A stretch of 64,000 nucleotides of DNA. Source: Chrysomallon squamiferum (taxonomy: Eukaryota; Animalia; Mollusca). The notes beneath the pieces are model-generated. The model did not search any database. It was given only the letters and a program-made list of their open reading frames with translations, and was not told the origin of the DNA. The stretch covers positions 10,416,001 through 10,480,000 of the forward strand of contig CM022673.1 in NCBI GenBank assembly GCA_012295275.1. Reading direction: 5' to 3'. This document shows, piece after piece, positions 1 through 14,853 of the stretch. How positions within the stretch are numbered: position 1 is the stretch's first letter; every line of letters begins with the position of its first letter. A program made the position numbers and the translations under genes.

Positions 1-1210
1 TGTTTTATTATCAACGTATGTTTTTCATGGGTTATTGAAAAGCAATGGGACTGCCTGTTCATGTTAAACCCATACGAATACACTAGCTATTAAAGTTTAT
101 CTTTTATATGTTTACTGACTTAATACACATGAACACCAGAGAACTGATTGTTGGTGGCCAAGCATGCTTCTCCTGGGCTACCAAATATAATTTACCCCTA
201 TGACACAAGTACACCAACTGCAACAACAGCACCAAGTATTACTTAGCTAACAAATTAAATTTTGTTTTTAAAATTGAATTTACTTTTTACAAAGCCTGTA
301 ATAATTATAAAAATTAAAAATAACTAAATAAATAATAATAATAATAATAATAATAACAATAACAATAACAATAAATAAATAAATAAATAAGTCAAGCAAC
401 CAATTAACATGACTAAACTTAGGACAAACAACTGTAGAACAAACTGGCCACAGAATACTATCTGTGAATTATGCAAATAGAAGGGAAAATAATGACTAAT
501 TACTTCTTTTTTTTTTTTTACAAAAAACTGACAATTTCAGACAACAGAACTTACAGCAATCTATTTGACATCTGCTGAAAACTGGAAAACTGATACAGGA
601 TAAGAAATCCATAAAACAGTATCAGCGATCAAAACATATCTTCCTTGGGCTACTGTCTTTCATACTGGACAACAAAAAAAAATATCTTACTTGAACAATG
701 CTCTTTCATACTAGACAACAACAATTTACTCTTACCAAAACCACATAATCAAAGAATTGTAATAATCATGTTCAAAATTTGTTAGTTTGAGTTACTACTG
801 ACTCCATTAAAAAAATAATTAAAAAAATTAAATTACATGAGAATTTTAAAAATGAAAAATGAAATAAGGATGTAGAAAAAAGACCAAAGACAGACATGAA
901 CTTCCTCATTTGTCTGTGAGTTACCAGACTGACTGTGACAAATCATTAATTCAGTGACCACATGTAGAGACACTGTCAGTATTTCAGAATCAGCTACCGA
1001 ACAAGTTAAAACAAAAACAAACGTATGTGTGATTATTAACACAGGAGAGGCCAGCATGAGGTATTCTTTCATTTAAATTTAAATTATTACTCAGACTCGG
1101 GAGAGAACAATGCATTACTTGCTGAACCCAGAATCTTTCAAACCAACCCAAGTCATGAATACTTCTCTTCTCTCAATTAAAATTTGATAAATGTATACTG
1201 GATAATAAAT

Positions 1211-1555
1211 ATATACTGCATTTCATTTTGTAATGTTAAATGTTCATGCGGTATTGCATTCTGTGTTAAATATGCACTCCATTTTGTAATGTTAAACATA
1301 ATATATTGTATAATATTTTGTAATGTTATATGTGTGTAATTTCATACTGTTACAAGCATTCTGTATTTTGTTTTGTGATTGTAACTTTACACTATAACAT
1401 ATTTTATTTTGTAATGTTAAATATAAAACCATCTGTTTTATAATGCTAAACGTTTACTTCATTTATTTTTTTGTTGTAATATCACAAAAATACAATATAA
1501 TATTTTGCAATGTTAAGCATGCACTGCATTATTATTATGTAATGTTAAATATATG
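1211..1555. repeat. Highly degenerate tandem repeat with core ttttgtaatgttaaa
   Basis: Core recurs about 8 times at 30-60 bp spacing. Confidence 0.65.
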
Positions 1556-1729
1556 TCATTTTGAAACAGTACTTTTTTGGTATACTTTGTTAACTACAGA
1601 TGATTAAAAATAACACACACACTCTATGTATAATACTGTATAATATTAAACAGATCCATTAAACTAAGGTCAGTCGCATACTGTTTTGTAATAGAATGAA
1701 ATCAGAATTAGTAATATTTTTCTTGTTAC

Positions 1730-1852
1730 CAAAATCGTCATATAAGATGTCTGATAATTTCCCCAGGGTGGTGTCGAAGTTTGCCATGAGAGGAGCTATG
1801 TACTGTGTTGCTGTCAGCCATTGGTGCAGGAAAGGACTGGCATATAAAAAAC
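1730..1852 (-). CDS. PLXDC2: PLXDC exon 5 (GFLYASPFLHQWLTATQYIAPLMANFDTTLGKLSDILYDDF)
   Basis: ttacag acceptor, G|gtaaca donor (alternative in-frame donor at 1682); TATQYIAPLMANFD signature. Confidence 0.92.
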
Positions 1853-3218
1853 CTGTAAAAAAAAAAAAAATAATATATAAAATAAAGAATAATTTTAATC
1901 AAATATATTAGTCATTAAAACAAGAAACTAAATAAATATATAAATTACTTGTATGATGGTTTCTGTGTCTGTCTTTGTGTGTAGGTATCAGACATGTGCA
2001 CATGTATGCATGCACAGACACAAACACACACAAATACACATAAAAATATAAGTAAGTAAAAATTAGTAAAAAATTAATAGTCATAATAAATCGACACACT
2101 TTTGGTTTAATTATTACATTTTAACCATATGTTTTTAAATTAAAACTTGGTAACAAATTTAGTAATACTATTTTGAACTATAAATTGTTAATAAATAAAG
2201 AAAGAAAGAAAGAAAGATTATTTGAGGTTTTTTATTTACTATATGATGTGTGCAATTAAAAATCCTGGGATATAAAGATTAAAATTCCCAATCACTTTTT
2301 AATTTATTTTTTAAAATTTAAATGAACATAATTATCTTCTTCAAAATTAAAAAAAAAAGTAAATCTTTGCAGTCATAGTTCTAATTATTCCCAATTTACT
2401 TTCTTAGAACAAAACATCTATGTACAAATTCTTACTAATAAAATAGACAATAACTGTATAAAAAACATTAAAATAAATTCACGAGTTTTCAGAATATTGC
2501 TATTATATATATATATATATAAAAATATGTTCTTAAATTTACTTAATGCCTTGTTCCTGATAAAATGTAATATTATAATAAGTAATATGCAATACTACAG
2601 TAAAACAGGTCTTACAGAATATCATTAATCAACTATAGATAAGTAGCGAGTTATTATAGTCAGTGTTTACGTCAACTACTGTACATGTATAGAAAATAAT
2701 ATAGTGTTAATTAGAAATTGTTTACATCATTAGTGTATTATTGTTAGGTTATGTAACAAAAATTATGTTGTGTAATCCATGTGCAATGCTTAAATTATTA
2801 TTGGTTTGCTGCATCCGATTATGCTAAGTGATTCTCTGGTCATTTTAATGATTTCATGTTAAAAAAAAAACAACCATAAATGTATTTGACATTTTAGACA
2901 GAATTATGTAAAGCTCTGCTGGATAATGATTATTATAGGAGAATTTAATACGTTTGTATGTGAATATATATACATGCTAGAGATTACAGATATAAGCTTG
3001 TAATATATATTCAAAAGAAATGTTTTGGTTTTTTTTTTTTTATTGTTTTTTTTTTTCTATTACATCATTTTCAATAAAATGTTGACAAAATATGAATGTA
3101 AGTGTGTATGCATGCATATATGTTTATTTAGTAATCAATATTTTGAATATATTAAGAAGTCTTAATTTATCTAAAAATAAATTATCCAGTCTAAAGATGT
3201 CTATGTTATAAAATTTCA

Positions 3219-3254
<36 letters not shown>

Positions 3255-4115
3255 GCAACAGCAATAACAAGTGTAATGTTTAATAAAATTATACATTTAT
3301 AATTCTTAAAAATTATTTTGAAAACATTTACTGTTCTCAAACTTGAGTTTTATGTGAGTTACCAGTGTTAGGTCAAAGTACTGAAATCTGAGAAGTGGTT
3401 CAATTTGACCGGCTAAGCCCAATATACCTAAAAGTTCAAATGTATGTGTGTATGTTGTATAAAAAATTTTAAAAATCTTATTTTGTGTTGTCTGACGCAA
3501 TATATTCATGAAAAGATATAAAATAAAATAAAATATAATTTGTTTAAAGTGTGTAACAGTTATAAATGTAACCAACAACTGAAAAATTGTGTTTGTATTA
3601 TGAATCATATTGTTTTATTTCCTTTTTTTTTTTTTTTTTTTTAAAATTATTATTAATATCATAATTATTATCATCAAAATCAGGCTGGGGTGGTGGATAG
3701 ATTATCAATAAGTCTTAATTGATTTGTGTGTGTTGACACTGTGTAAAAATATTTTAGACCACTGTTATGTGACAACTAATAATTTTTATATATATATATA
3801 TATATTTTCATAAATTGGATCAGAATTAACAGTTTTTGCTTAATTATTGCAGAAATTGCAGAAGTGATATATGACAATTATTCATAATTCTTAAATATCC
3901 ATAAAAGTATAATTGCTATAAATATACTTATCAATATGTATATGACCTGCTACAACTAAAGAAGATGTATGTCACATGACCTGACTATTAACTTAACAAA
4001 AGATGTATGTCACATGACCTGACTGTTAACTAAACAAACAAATAAGCAAGTTTCAGCATTTTGAGTTGAAAATAAACATATACAATGTTGTTTTTTAACT
4101 ATATCTATGTCTTCC

Positions 4116-4160
<45 letters not shown>

Positions 4161-4318
4161 ACCAAATCTAAGTACAGCTCAATTACTAAAAATCAGGTCA
4201 GATGTCATGCATCTCTTTCACCTATTGTAGGTCACATTTTTTTTCAATACATTCACAAAATAAAAATAACAAATGTGCTTGTAAAAATAATGATATTTTT
4301 GTTAGTACAAGTCTGAAT

Positions 4319-4361
<43 letters not shown>

Positions 4362-7300
4362 TATTATGCAACAAATAAAAACTATCATCTTGTTCTAATA
4401 AAGGCTGTAAAATATAAAAGTTTTTTCTTAGTACTAGCCAACCGTAACTAACATGTCCCAAGAAAAGATTTAACTGTGAAAACCACCTGTACTTCTTTAG
4501 AAAAATAAAAAAAGAAATGGGACAGTGACTTAGATGACTGTATGATTAAACCCCAGCTCAAATACTGCTGGTGATCAACGCAAACACTCAAGATGAATAA
4601 ATGTCTTTATCTGAGAACCAGAAATGGATAGCTTTTAAGTAATGGATATTTAAGAAAACTCATCAGATATCCGGAAGTCTGATCATTTAGGTACACATGA
4701 TTTAGAAAATAAATAATGTGACATGCTTTGATGAAAGGTACCTAGTGAAAATGATATCTGCTCTGTGTTTATCAAAAAAAAAAAACTGCAGTTGGGTTTC
4801 TTTGTAATTTTTAATATTTATTTGGATTAAAAATTTTGTATTTAAAGAAAGATAGTTTGAAAGTATGAAATAAAAATTCATGATCTGATGTCAAAAAAAA
4901 AAAAAAAAAAAAAATCCAATTGAGATATATATATACACATTATATATCATTATTTTTACCAGCACTAATTTCATTTATTATTTTTATTTTGTGAAAAAAA
5001 GTGGGACCCACAACAGGTGAAAGAGATGCATGACATCTGACCTGATTTTGAGTAATTGAGCCTTATATATATATATATATACACATACAATTATTCAAAA
5101 TCAGGTCATATATATATATTAAAAAATTTAATTTAAATTAACATCAGTCAAAATGAACTGGAATAACATACAACAGTGAGATATCTATTGTAATAAATAC
5201 ATATTTTTACTTTTTCTGAATATCTAACTATATAAAAATGACAAAAATATTAAATAATAATAATGATGATTATAACATAAATAAATAAAAAATAAAAAAA
5301 CAAAATAATAAAACAAACAAAAACAAACAAAAAACAAAAACAAAAAAGACAGAAAGAAAGAAAAAGAAAAAGAAACAACTACAAATATCTTTACATATTT
5401 ATTATGGGTGTGATTTACAATGACTTTCAAAGCCAAGTATCATTTACACAAAATGTGTCTATTTTACTTCTGTTTACAACAACCTGATATTTCTGACCTC
5501 AAACCAAACTAGATAAAAACCAGTTAACTTTTATTCAGGTATTTTCAAGTATTTTGCAATATAATAAATTCTATGTCATCTATTTGAAAAAAGAAATGTA
5601 TAAATATTTATGAATGTAATATAATCCAAATTGTTTACCCATATAAATTATCTGTGTGCATATGAAAGATAATAAAAATCCTTTTTGAATATCAAATATT
5701 ATCAAAATCCTTTTTGAATATGAAAGATAATAAAAATTCTTTATGAATAAATAATAATAATAAAAAAATTAAAAAAATTAAAAAAATGAACTCTTCGTGG
5801 AATATAAATAAAACTAAAGATTTCTCATTTTTTATTCAAGGGTATCTGTTATAATAATAAAGACATTTTATACATACAAGTAAAGAAGAACAAAGATACT
5901 TTATTGACAAAACAAACACTGAGTAGGCATCTATGAATATAATGCATGAAGGATTTGGGTATACTTACCACCAGTTGCCACGGTAACTTTAGTAATATTG
6001 TGGCCGTAAAATCGAAATTTAAAGCTGAGTGGAATAGTCTGAAAGATAGCAATAAAATTTCATTAGTACAGGAATTATGGGTTGTTTTTCATTTTGTTTC
6101 ACAGACAGGCATTAAAAGAACTGAAACCATTATTACTCTGTGTTCAGTCATTTATTGAGAAGCAGATTAAAAAAATGAGTATCTTTGGACAATAATCGAA
6201 ACAGAAACAGACACGGAAGAAGCACATTCTGCAACTGGAGACCAGTAATCGCCAGTCCTCCAGGGAAATATTGGTTTTCTAAAGGCATAAATCAGAATAA
6301 TACGATATTAACAAGCTGGATTTCGATACACTGAAGCACTCTTCAAAGATACAGGGCCACACCTAGGATCACCAGGCTCACCTATTGATTAACAGCGTAA
6401 ACATGAAGTTCTATACTGGTAGCATATTGCCTTTTGCTTTTCAGTTTAAGAAACACTGTATAAAATGAAAAACTGAAATCCTTGGATTTTTTTTACAACT
6501 TCAAAATAAGCGTTTCTATGGTTTCAGAGAGGCTTTTTTTGTCTGTGTGTGGGGGGGGGGCAGGGTCATTCTCTCAATCTTTTTTTATGTGTTGAATTTT
6601 TTTCGGTTTTTTTGTTGTTGTTGATTTTTTTTAATTAATAAAATTTAATATTTTTTAGGCTATAGTTTAAAAGATTTTTCTTTTTAATTCCCAGCCCAGC
6701 AGTCTGTTTTAAATAAACATAAATTTCAAAAAAATCTGAATGTAGATTCATTATATAGTTTCAGGATACAAATTTTTGGGTGTTATTCTTTAAAAAAAAA
6801 AAGTGTTTCTATTTGTTTGTTTTATGGATTCTTTTTTGTTGTTGTTGTTGTTGTTGTTGTTATTATTATTATTATAAATTTACAAGGATAATTTTATTAA
6901 TATTAAAATCTATATGTTTCTATTTTTTCATTTCAAGGGAAGCTTTATTTATATAAAACACACGCATACAAAATATATTCTCATGAAAGATGTTTTATGT
7001 AACCATCATAAAAATACAATATGTAAATAAATAAAAAATTGAAAAGAAGTATTTCAGCAGGCAGTTCAAGTTGAATTAGCAAGTACAATGTAAACAGATG
7101 TAATGTAGGCTGTACAAAGGTTAATGTAGGTTCACTGTGATGACATACATAATCAGTCTGCCTGAACATCAACACTGAAGTCACCTTTTTATACATTACA
7201 CTCATGTTACTCTAATTACACATACATATCTATCTATCTATGTAGGTAGTTAGCTACACACACACACACACACACACACACAGTCAAATATATCCACATG

Positions 7301-10072
7301 TACACATATATTTACTTAGACATTTGTGTGTGTGCCTCTGTGTGTGTGTGTGTCTGTGTCTTTAATATTTACTTTATGCTTGACTACACATCATTTACTC
7401 AAACTCCTTTACTGTTCGATTTTTTTTAAACATAAAAATTAGAACACAAACAACAAAATAAAATAAAATATAATAAAAACAAATAAAATATTAAAGGTAA
7501 TATATAAGTATACTTTCATTTATGATTTTGCTTTGCTGCATAAGACATTATTTATTGTGACACTGCAGTGTTTATAATTAGCATAATGGTAGACACATGT
7601 CATAAATATTAAGTAAACACAGACACAGCAAAGGAAATGTGTTATTTAAGTCAGGCAATTTATTTGAAAAACGGGTGCTTTCATGCTATTTGTATTGTTT
7701 GTCTACAAAATGTGTAAATAATGTAGTTAGTTTCATTTACAACAATTAGGAAAACACACAGACACCCTCATACTAGTATGTAACCATACATACAAACATG
7801 TAAGACATATACACACATACACACCACATATATAAATACATACACAAAACACACATTTAGACACATACACACACACACATATAGATTCATACAAGTACTC
7901 AAAAAAACATATTCATATATAAATAAAATACATAATTATTATTATATTAAAAAAAAAAAAAACACACATTTAAATAAAAAATTAAGAAATAAATTATGTA
8001 ATGAACACATTCTGATGTCAAACATATGTTTTTGTATGAACTTACATGTATATTAAATTTAGACAAAATCTAGTAATCCATTCCATGGCTTACTGGTATA
8101 ATATGGCTGCAAGGCATCTTTCATATGCCACATTCCTGTTTGATAAAACAAGTTTTATGCAACAACTGGAATGAAATAGCCCAATGGTACAGCAGGCAGG
8201 ATTGATCCAGCAACCTCTCAGGCTTTAAGTCTGTGTTCTGACCACTTAGATATACTCGTTAACAAGATAATCACTACAATAATGGTAACTGCTTAAATAA
8301 ATGGAACTGCAAAATTTTCTACTCCTTGGAATTACTCATTTAAAACAGGTTTGTTTTTACATATTTATTCATTCATTCATTCATTCTTTATCTCAGGGTG
8401 CCCTATTAATATATATATATTTTTAATACATACTTCAGGTAATGTATACAGTACAGCTTGTACTGTTTAATATAAATTCTTATTGCACATACTTGCAGCA
8501 GTGTTTACATAACCAGGGATAAGACAGAGATATGATGTAGTGTTTATTTTTTAATGGCAAATTTAGTTGCATGACAAGATATAATGCTTTCATCAAAAAA
8601 GAAAAACATTAATGTTAAAACCAGTTTTTCAAGTTCAAGTTGGTGAAAAAGGATAAGGGCATGAAAAGAACTACTAGATGTAATAATATTTATTACACAA
8701 ACACACCTCTACACAACATACGTATGTACACACACACACACACAACTCCCAAACAAGGAGAAAATGTTCACTAGCAATTTGTGAAACATTCTTCATTCAG
8801 AATCTAAGATTAACATGTAGATAATGGTTTTTGAAACATCTGACATACATGCATGTGTACATGTGTGTAAATTTATATATATACACATACACATGTGTAA
8901 TATTTCACTCATTATATTTTCCAATAAACAAAACAAACATTTTTTTTTTTTATGCCAAGTATACTGTAAGACAAACTACCTGCTGTTTTTGTTATATCCA
9001 AGACGACAGACAATCAATAACTATTACAGAATACCTTAGAACAACAAACTCATTAATTTACAATGACAACATCTACCTGAGTAAGAAATATTAAAGTCAA
9101 TAAGGTATAAAAAAATAAAAATAAAAATAAAAAAATAAAAAAATTTGTTTACAAATTAAAGTAACAACAATATCATTAACATGAGGATGAAAAAAAACAT
9201 GGAGTAAGGGTGGGGAAAAGAAAAAGAACAATGAAATGTATATTTGAATACGTGATCGAGAAAACAAGTCAAAAAAAGAACAGAATAAAAAAACAAGAGA
9301 AGCCAGATCTCTGTTTGCTCAGGTGTAAAATGTATTGGGGTATCTAATGTACACAGACTAAAGGTTATGAACATACGACTAGCCAAGAATGGCACAGTCA
9401 TGATGAAATTTTTTCATGTTAAACTATTTCAGATACTAAATATAGATCTGAACAGGGTAGGCATCACGACTGAATCACTGATGCATGCCATTATGATTGT
9501 TGTTACTTCTCCAGTCAATAAAATGTAGCGTATCTAAAAATATGGTTGATCATGATTCAATCTGAAATATTGAGTGCAATACATGTTTGTATAAAACAAA
9601 TAATGTGCATGTGTATGTAAATTTGTGGAATTCATTAAATTGTTTTAATATTTAATAGAAGAGCTATTTTAATATTTATTATGATCTTTTATTGTTATTA
9701 AATTACAACAGGAAACTATTTTGATACACATTACGAATATCCAGAATTAAAAAGACGCTATTCTGGATTAAAATAAAACAGGAAAAGAAATAATTATGTA
9801 AGCATGAATATACTCTCACTCACTCTCTCTCTCTCTCTCTCTCTCTTTTTCTCTCTCTCTCATTCTCTCATGTATTTATACATACACACACACATAACAC
9901 ATTCAAAACATAAGATAAAATATACTGATGATAAAGACAGAATATTAATTAAATATCCATAGTTCAACAGAAAAAATGAAATCATATAAAAAATACAGTT
10001 TTTCTTAATTACAGTGAGTCAGAAAGAGTGACAGAGATGGACGGAGGGAGGGCATATAACAGAGATAGACAA

Positions 10073-10115
<43 letters not shown>

Positions 10116-10489
10116 CACACACATGCACACACTACCACCAATGTCCAAGCCATAATGGATAAGATTTATGGGTGAGATAAAGGCTGTATATTATCTTACA
10201 CTTTAGTTTCAACTCACAAACAGATTAACGGAGTTCACTTCAATGTCAGACAATCCATCAGTGACATTTCTTTTTAAGGCCTCTCTGTAAGCCATGTTAT
10301 TATCTCGGATACCAGACTGTCACTAATATCATTTACATACAGCGTTTGTCACTGAAATAATCTTCCTTTAAACTTCACGTCTGTCTCAGACCAGAAGTTA
10401 CAAGAAGAAGATGTTCACTGGCAATTTGCAAAACACTCTTCATTCAGAATCTAAGATCGACATGAAGATAATGGTTTTTTAAACGTCTA

Positions 10490-10530
<41 letters not shown>

Positions 10531-13500
10531 ATAAATATAAACTAACATCAACAGTTAGAACATTTTTCATTCAAATTACAACTGAAGTTTCCTTTATTAT
10601 TAATAACAGAGTTGAAATATTTGGTGAGGCTACAACTGAAACATTCAAGCAGAAACTGACTTTTACAGTGTCTGCATTTCTGAAACATTGTTCATTCAGA
10701 TGTCTAAGAATGTAAAATATTCCAGTATAACATGGTGGAGGAACCTGACAGCAGGCCTGCAGTTCTAATGTGTTGTAAATGATTCTGAACTACTGGACTT
10801 CCCAGACCCAACAACACCATTATCCACACTCTAGCTTAATAGAGTCCCTTCAGACTTTGACAGATTACAGAAAAAGCTGAATGCTGCTGTTTGCTATTCT
10901 TTTTTTTCTTTTTTTTTTTTTTCACTTGTCATTAATGCTTTAAAGCTTCAAAGGGTTTGGAGGACATAATGAAAAATGTGTAAAAGTCATTTCACAATAT
11001 TGAGACTATTATACATATATATATATATGTATGTATGTATATATAATGAAAGACTCATAAATACAGAGATAAAAAAAAAAGTTGTAATAATGAATTAAGT
11101 AGTGAAACAAACAGTGAAATCACACCTCAAGTTTCACCAAAGCAGTCACAAACATTATGTAACAAATCCCTAAAAATATAACAGAACCTAACATTCTGAG
11201 ATTTCATAATGAAGCAAAAAACTTTGCAAAAATGTGGTAACTATATATTTCCTAGACTTCTTTTCAATTCTAATATGTTCAACACATATTTAATGTGATC
11301 AGATACATGTTTGTAGCATAACACAGATACATTGTATTTAATTGAATGCAAGCAAATAACACATATTGTGCATACTGCTTCAAGATGACAAACAGGATAT
11401 TGTTATTTAATGCAAAAAAACAAACACATAATACTGAAGACATTTTTACACTTACCACTGCTGTTCTGTGATTTTCAGACAAAGTCTTGTGTCGTTTTGC
11501 TTTTGCCAAATCTTGCCAGTGTTCACTGACACTTTCTGGAATTATTATGCTCTCATAGTACGCATGATTGCTCTAAAATGAAAAGATGACAATCACAGTT
11601 CGAATACCCATAACATCCATCACATATATGGAAATAGGTTAGCTGGAAAAATTATCAAAATAAAACAAGATGGAGTTGTTGTTTTTTTTTGTGGGTTTTT
11701 ACATGCCAAAAATTTATTACAGCCATCAGAAATAGGTTTGTGAGAAAATCGTTGTGGTATAAAATGGATTTTTTATTTTTGTATAGAAGTTTTTTTCTGG
11801 GTTCATTTTTTTGTAAAATAAAAATAAAAAATAAAAAAAGGGGTGTTATTTTTATCAGTTTTACTAATTAAAATATATTTGGTTATCATTTTTAATTGTG
11901 GATGCCTATTTTGTTCAGTTCTTGTAATATATTTATATGCTACAAATTACAATTATAACAATATCTTAAAATATTATTTGTTAACAGAATTATGAGTTTA
12001 ACAATGAACTATACAGTAAAAACAAACTTAGCTGTCTCTACAATTATCTAGCTTCTAGAAATCCAGAAAATCCAGACGACTGGCTACTTTAGAGTTAGGC
12101 AAGCTTTCATTCAGTTTAAGTTAAAATGTTTACATGATCTTATCACAATAACTTATTATTTGTTCCAGTTTACATTCATTTTCATTTATAATCATTTCTA
12201 AAAGACTAGCAAAAACACAACTTGCTACTGAAAAGCATATTCTATATTCTAAGTGAATTAATAACCTTCGAACAGACTCTATTTTAGAAGTGTATCAATT
12301 GGTTATACTGAGAAAAGGTAAACCTCTATTTTGTTATACCACTAACTAATTAGCTGACTGGGTTGTTTTCACATATCACAACTTTTGTTAAAATAATTAT
12401 GGAGCAATGTTTGGAACAGGAATGAGTCTAAAGACACACACCCCCATCCAGTAGACCTGAGTCTTAGGTTACTGTTACACACCACACTAATCAGCCATTA
12501 TACAACAAAATAAAATATATTACAATATTTCGCAATACAAATTTTACAATATTTATATCAACATATTACATACCTTGTTAACTGTTTAAATAGATAAATT
12601 ATATGTGTATATATATATATACACACATATACATATAAAATTTATCTAATTAAATTGTATTCTAAAACAGCAGACTTTATATTTATAAATATTAACACAC
12701 TTTAAATACTATTAATTTTTATTATTATAATATTATTCTTTTATCCATTTAAATTATATAATACAATAGATTCATTATTTTCACGAAGCTCTAACTTTAT
12801 TTTATCTTTTAATTACTTTTCTCCAAAAAGTTTAGCATTTAAAATATATAATTTACATAGCTAAATTTAAGACAAATCAAACGCTAAAGATGTTTAGTCA
12901 GGTAAATGTACTTTTTTTTATTACCAAGCAATTAATCAATGACATCACATCTAAGTAAGAAACATGCGTGGAATTAAGGAAGATCACAGAACTTGTATAA
13001 TAATTAGCAACTGTAAAGTAATTAAACTGGAAAAGGTTTCATTTCAAATTGTTATTTAACACGTATAAACTGAGTATAGTTTACAAACAAAGAGGAATTT
13101 TAACAACAGTTCTCTCACAAATGATTTAAACAGATCAACTTCTATACAGCTCTTTGCCTCTAGTGTTGTTGTGTAACTATAATGCCTTAGGTTAAACAAG
13201 TGAGAAATTTATTATTTAAATATTTTTATTTAACCGTTTGATACAGAAATGTTTTAATACTTTTACAAAATAAAATATTTAAAATACCTTTCTTTCTTTT
13301 GATTTATACAGTAAAATATTAAAAATACTTCTGTTCTTTTGATTTATATTGTAAGTTATAAGAGTTAGAAATGTGAAATATTATTTTAAAAAGCAGCACT
13401 GGAAATAATGTATACTAAAACTGATATATAATAAAATATTTTAGAAGAATAGTTATAATAAACAGATATAATTTTATAGTATTACCTACAGAAATATTGA

Positions 13501-14816
13501 AATGTGTATCTACAAATAATTAAAGTAGTATATCACAATAAATAATTTATATAACATAAACAGTGACATGGCATGATAACCAAATAAATTTCTAAAGGAA
13601 CTATTATGTCAATAAATTACTTGCCATTCTAACTTTTATAGTATAAAGCTGATAATCTTAAGTTTAAGAAAGTAACCAGTTACACTCACTCACTCTCTCT
13701 CTACATACATATATATATATGTAAAAGCATTTTCTGAGAATATGTGTGTGTGTGTGTGTGTGAGTGATCAAACACACACACATATATACAATTAATTAAA
13801 ACTATTTATTTCTTCCCTGATTTCAATTCTCTTACTTCTCAGAAAATGCTTCTTTTTTTATCTTTCTCTTTTTGATGGGTTTTTTTTTTTTTTTTCCTCC
13901 AATTAATGTAATACTTACAGTTTTAATTTTAAGTTGTGTCGTTGTCTCTTCAACATTTTCACTTGGGGCTGTGGTCACAGAAGATGTGGTTGTTGTTGTT
14001 TGTCTTGTTGTTGTTACTGGAACCACAGTTGTTGTTGTTGTTGTTGTTGTTTTTGTTGTCACAGGGTTGGATGCTGTTGTTGATGTAGTGGTGACATTAC
14101 CCACATCACGCCGATACCTGGCATTATTATGCACTGATTTTAGGTCCAAAACACTCACAAAAACATCATCTTCCAAAGGCTGTGGAACACCGTAAGAAAC
14201 TAGGCCATCTGAAATTTAAACAAATTTAAATGATAACTGACCTGTGTCTGTCAAAAAACAACACCTTTTACGATCTATGGTGATACTTCTTACTGCAGAA
14301 ATAGAATTATGTATTGAAAATTCAGCAGAATGTATCCTTTAATAGATAAACTAGTCAAACACATATGAAACAGAAAAATAATAATCCAGACTAGACAAAA
14401 ATTCAAAAATGGCAGTAAGATGAATGCTTTGTAACAAGTAATTAAAAAAATAAAATAACCATACTCAAATTAAAATTCACAAAATAAAAAAGGTGGAAAT
14501 TAAAATTCTGATACAGCAGGGGAACAATTTTTTTTTTTTTAGCAAAAAGTGATGAAATCATTAACTAATTAAGTTCAAGAATCAAGAATATCATAATTAT
14601 TCATTTATTGTAAGTTAAATATATATATATATATGTTTAAATTATTTTTAATATGATTAAAACAAAAATTAATGTTATAAATAAAACAAATAATTAACTT
14701 AAGGTAATATTTAAATTACAAAATTAAAAACATGTTATTTAAAAAAAAAAAAAAAAAAAATGTAGTTCATCTTTTAACTTAATATTATCTTTCTTTATAT
14801 ACAATATCCAGTATAT

Positions 14817-14853
<37 letters not shown>

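Noticed and set aside
13872-14195. 107-aa Val-rich plus-strand ORF that looks like a membrane protein
   Set aside because: Antisense shadow of the Thr-rich PLXDC exon 2
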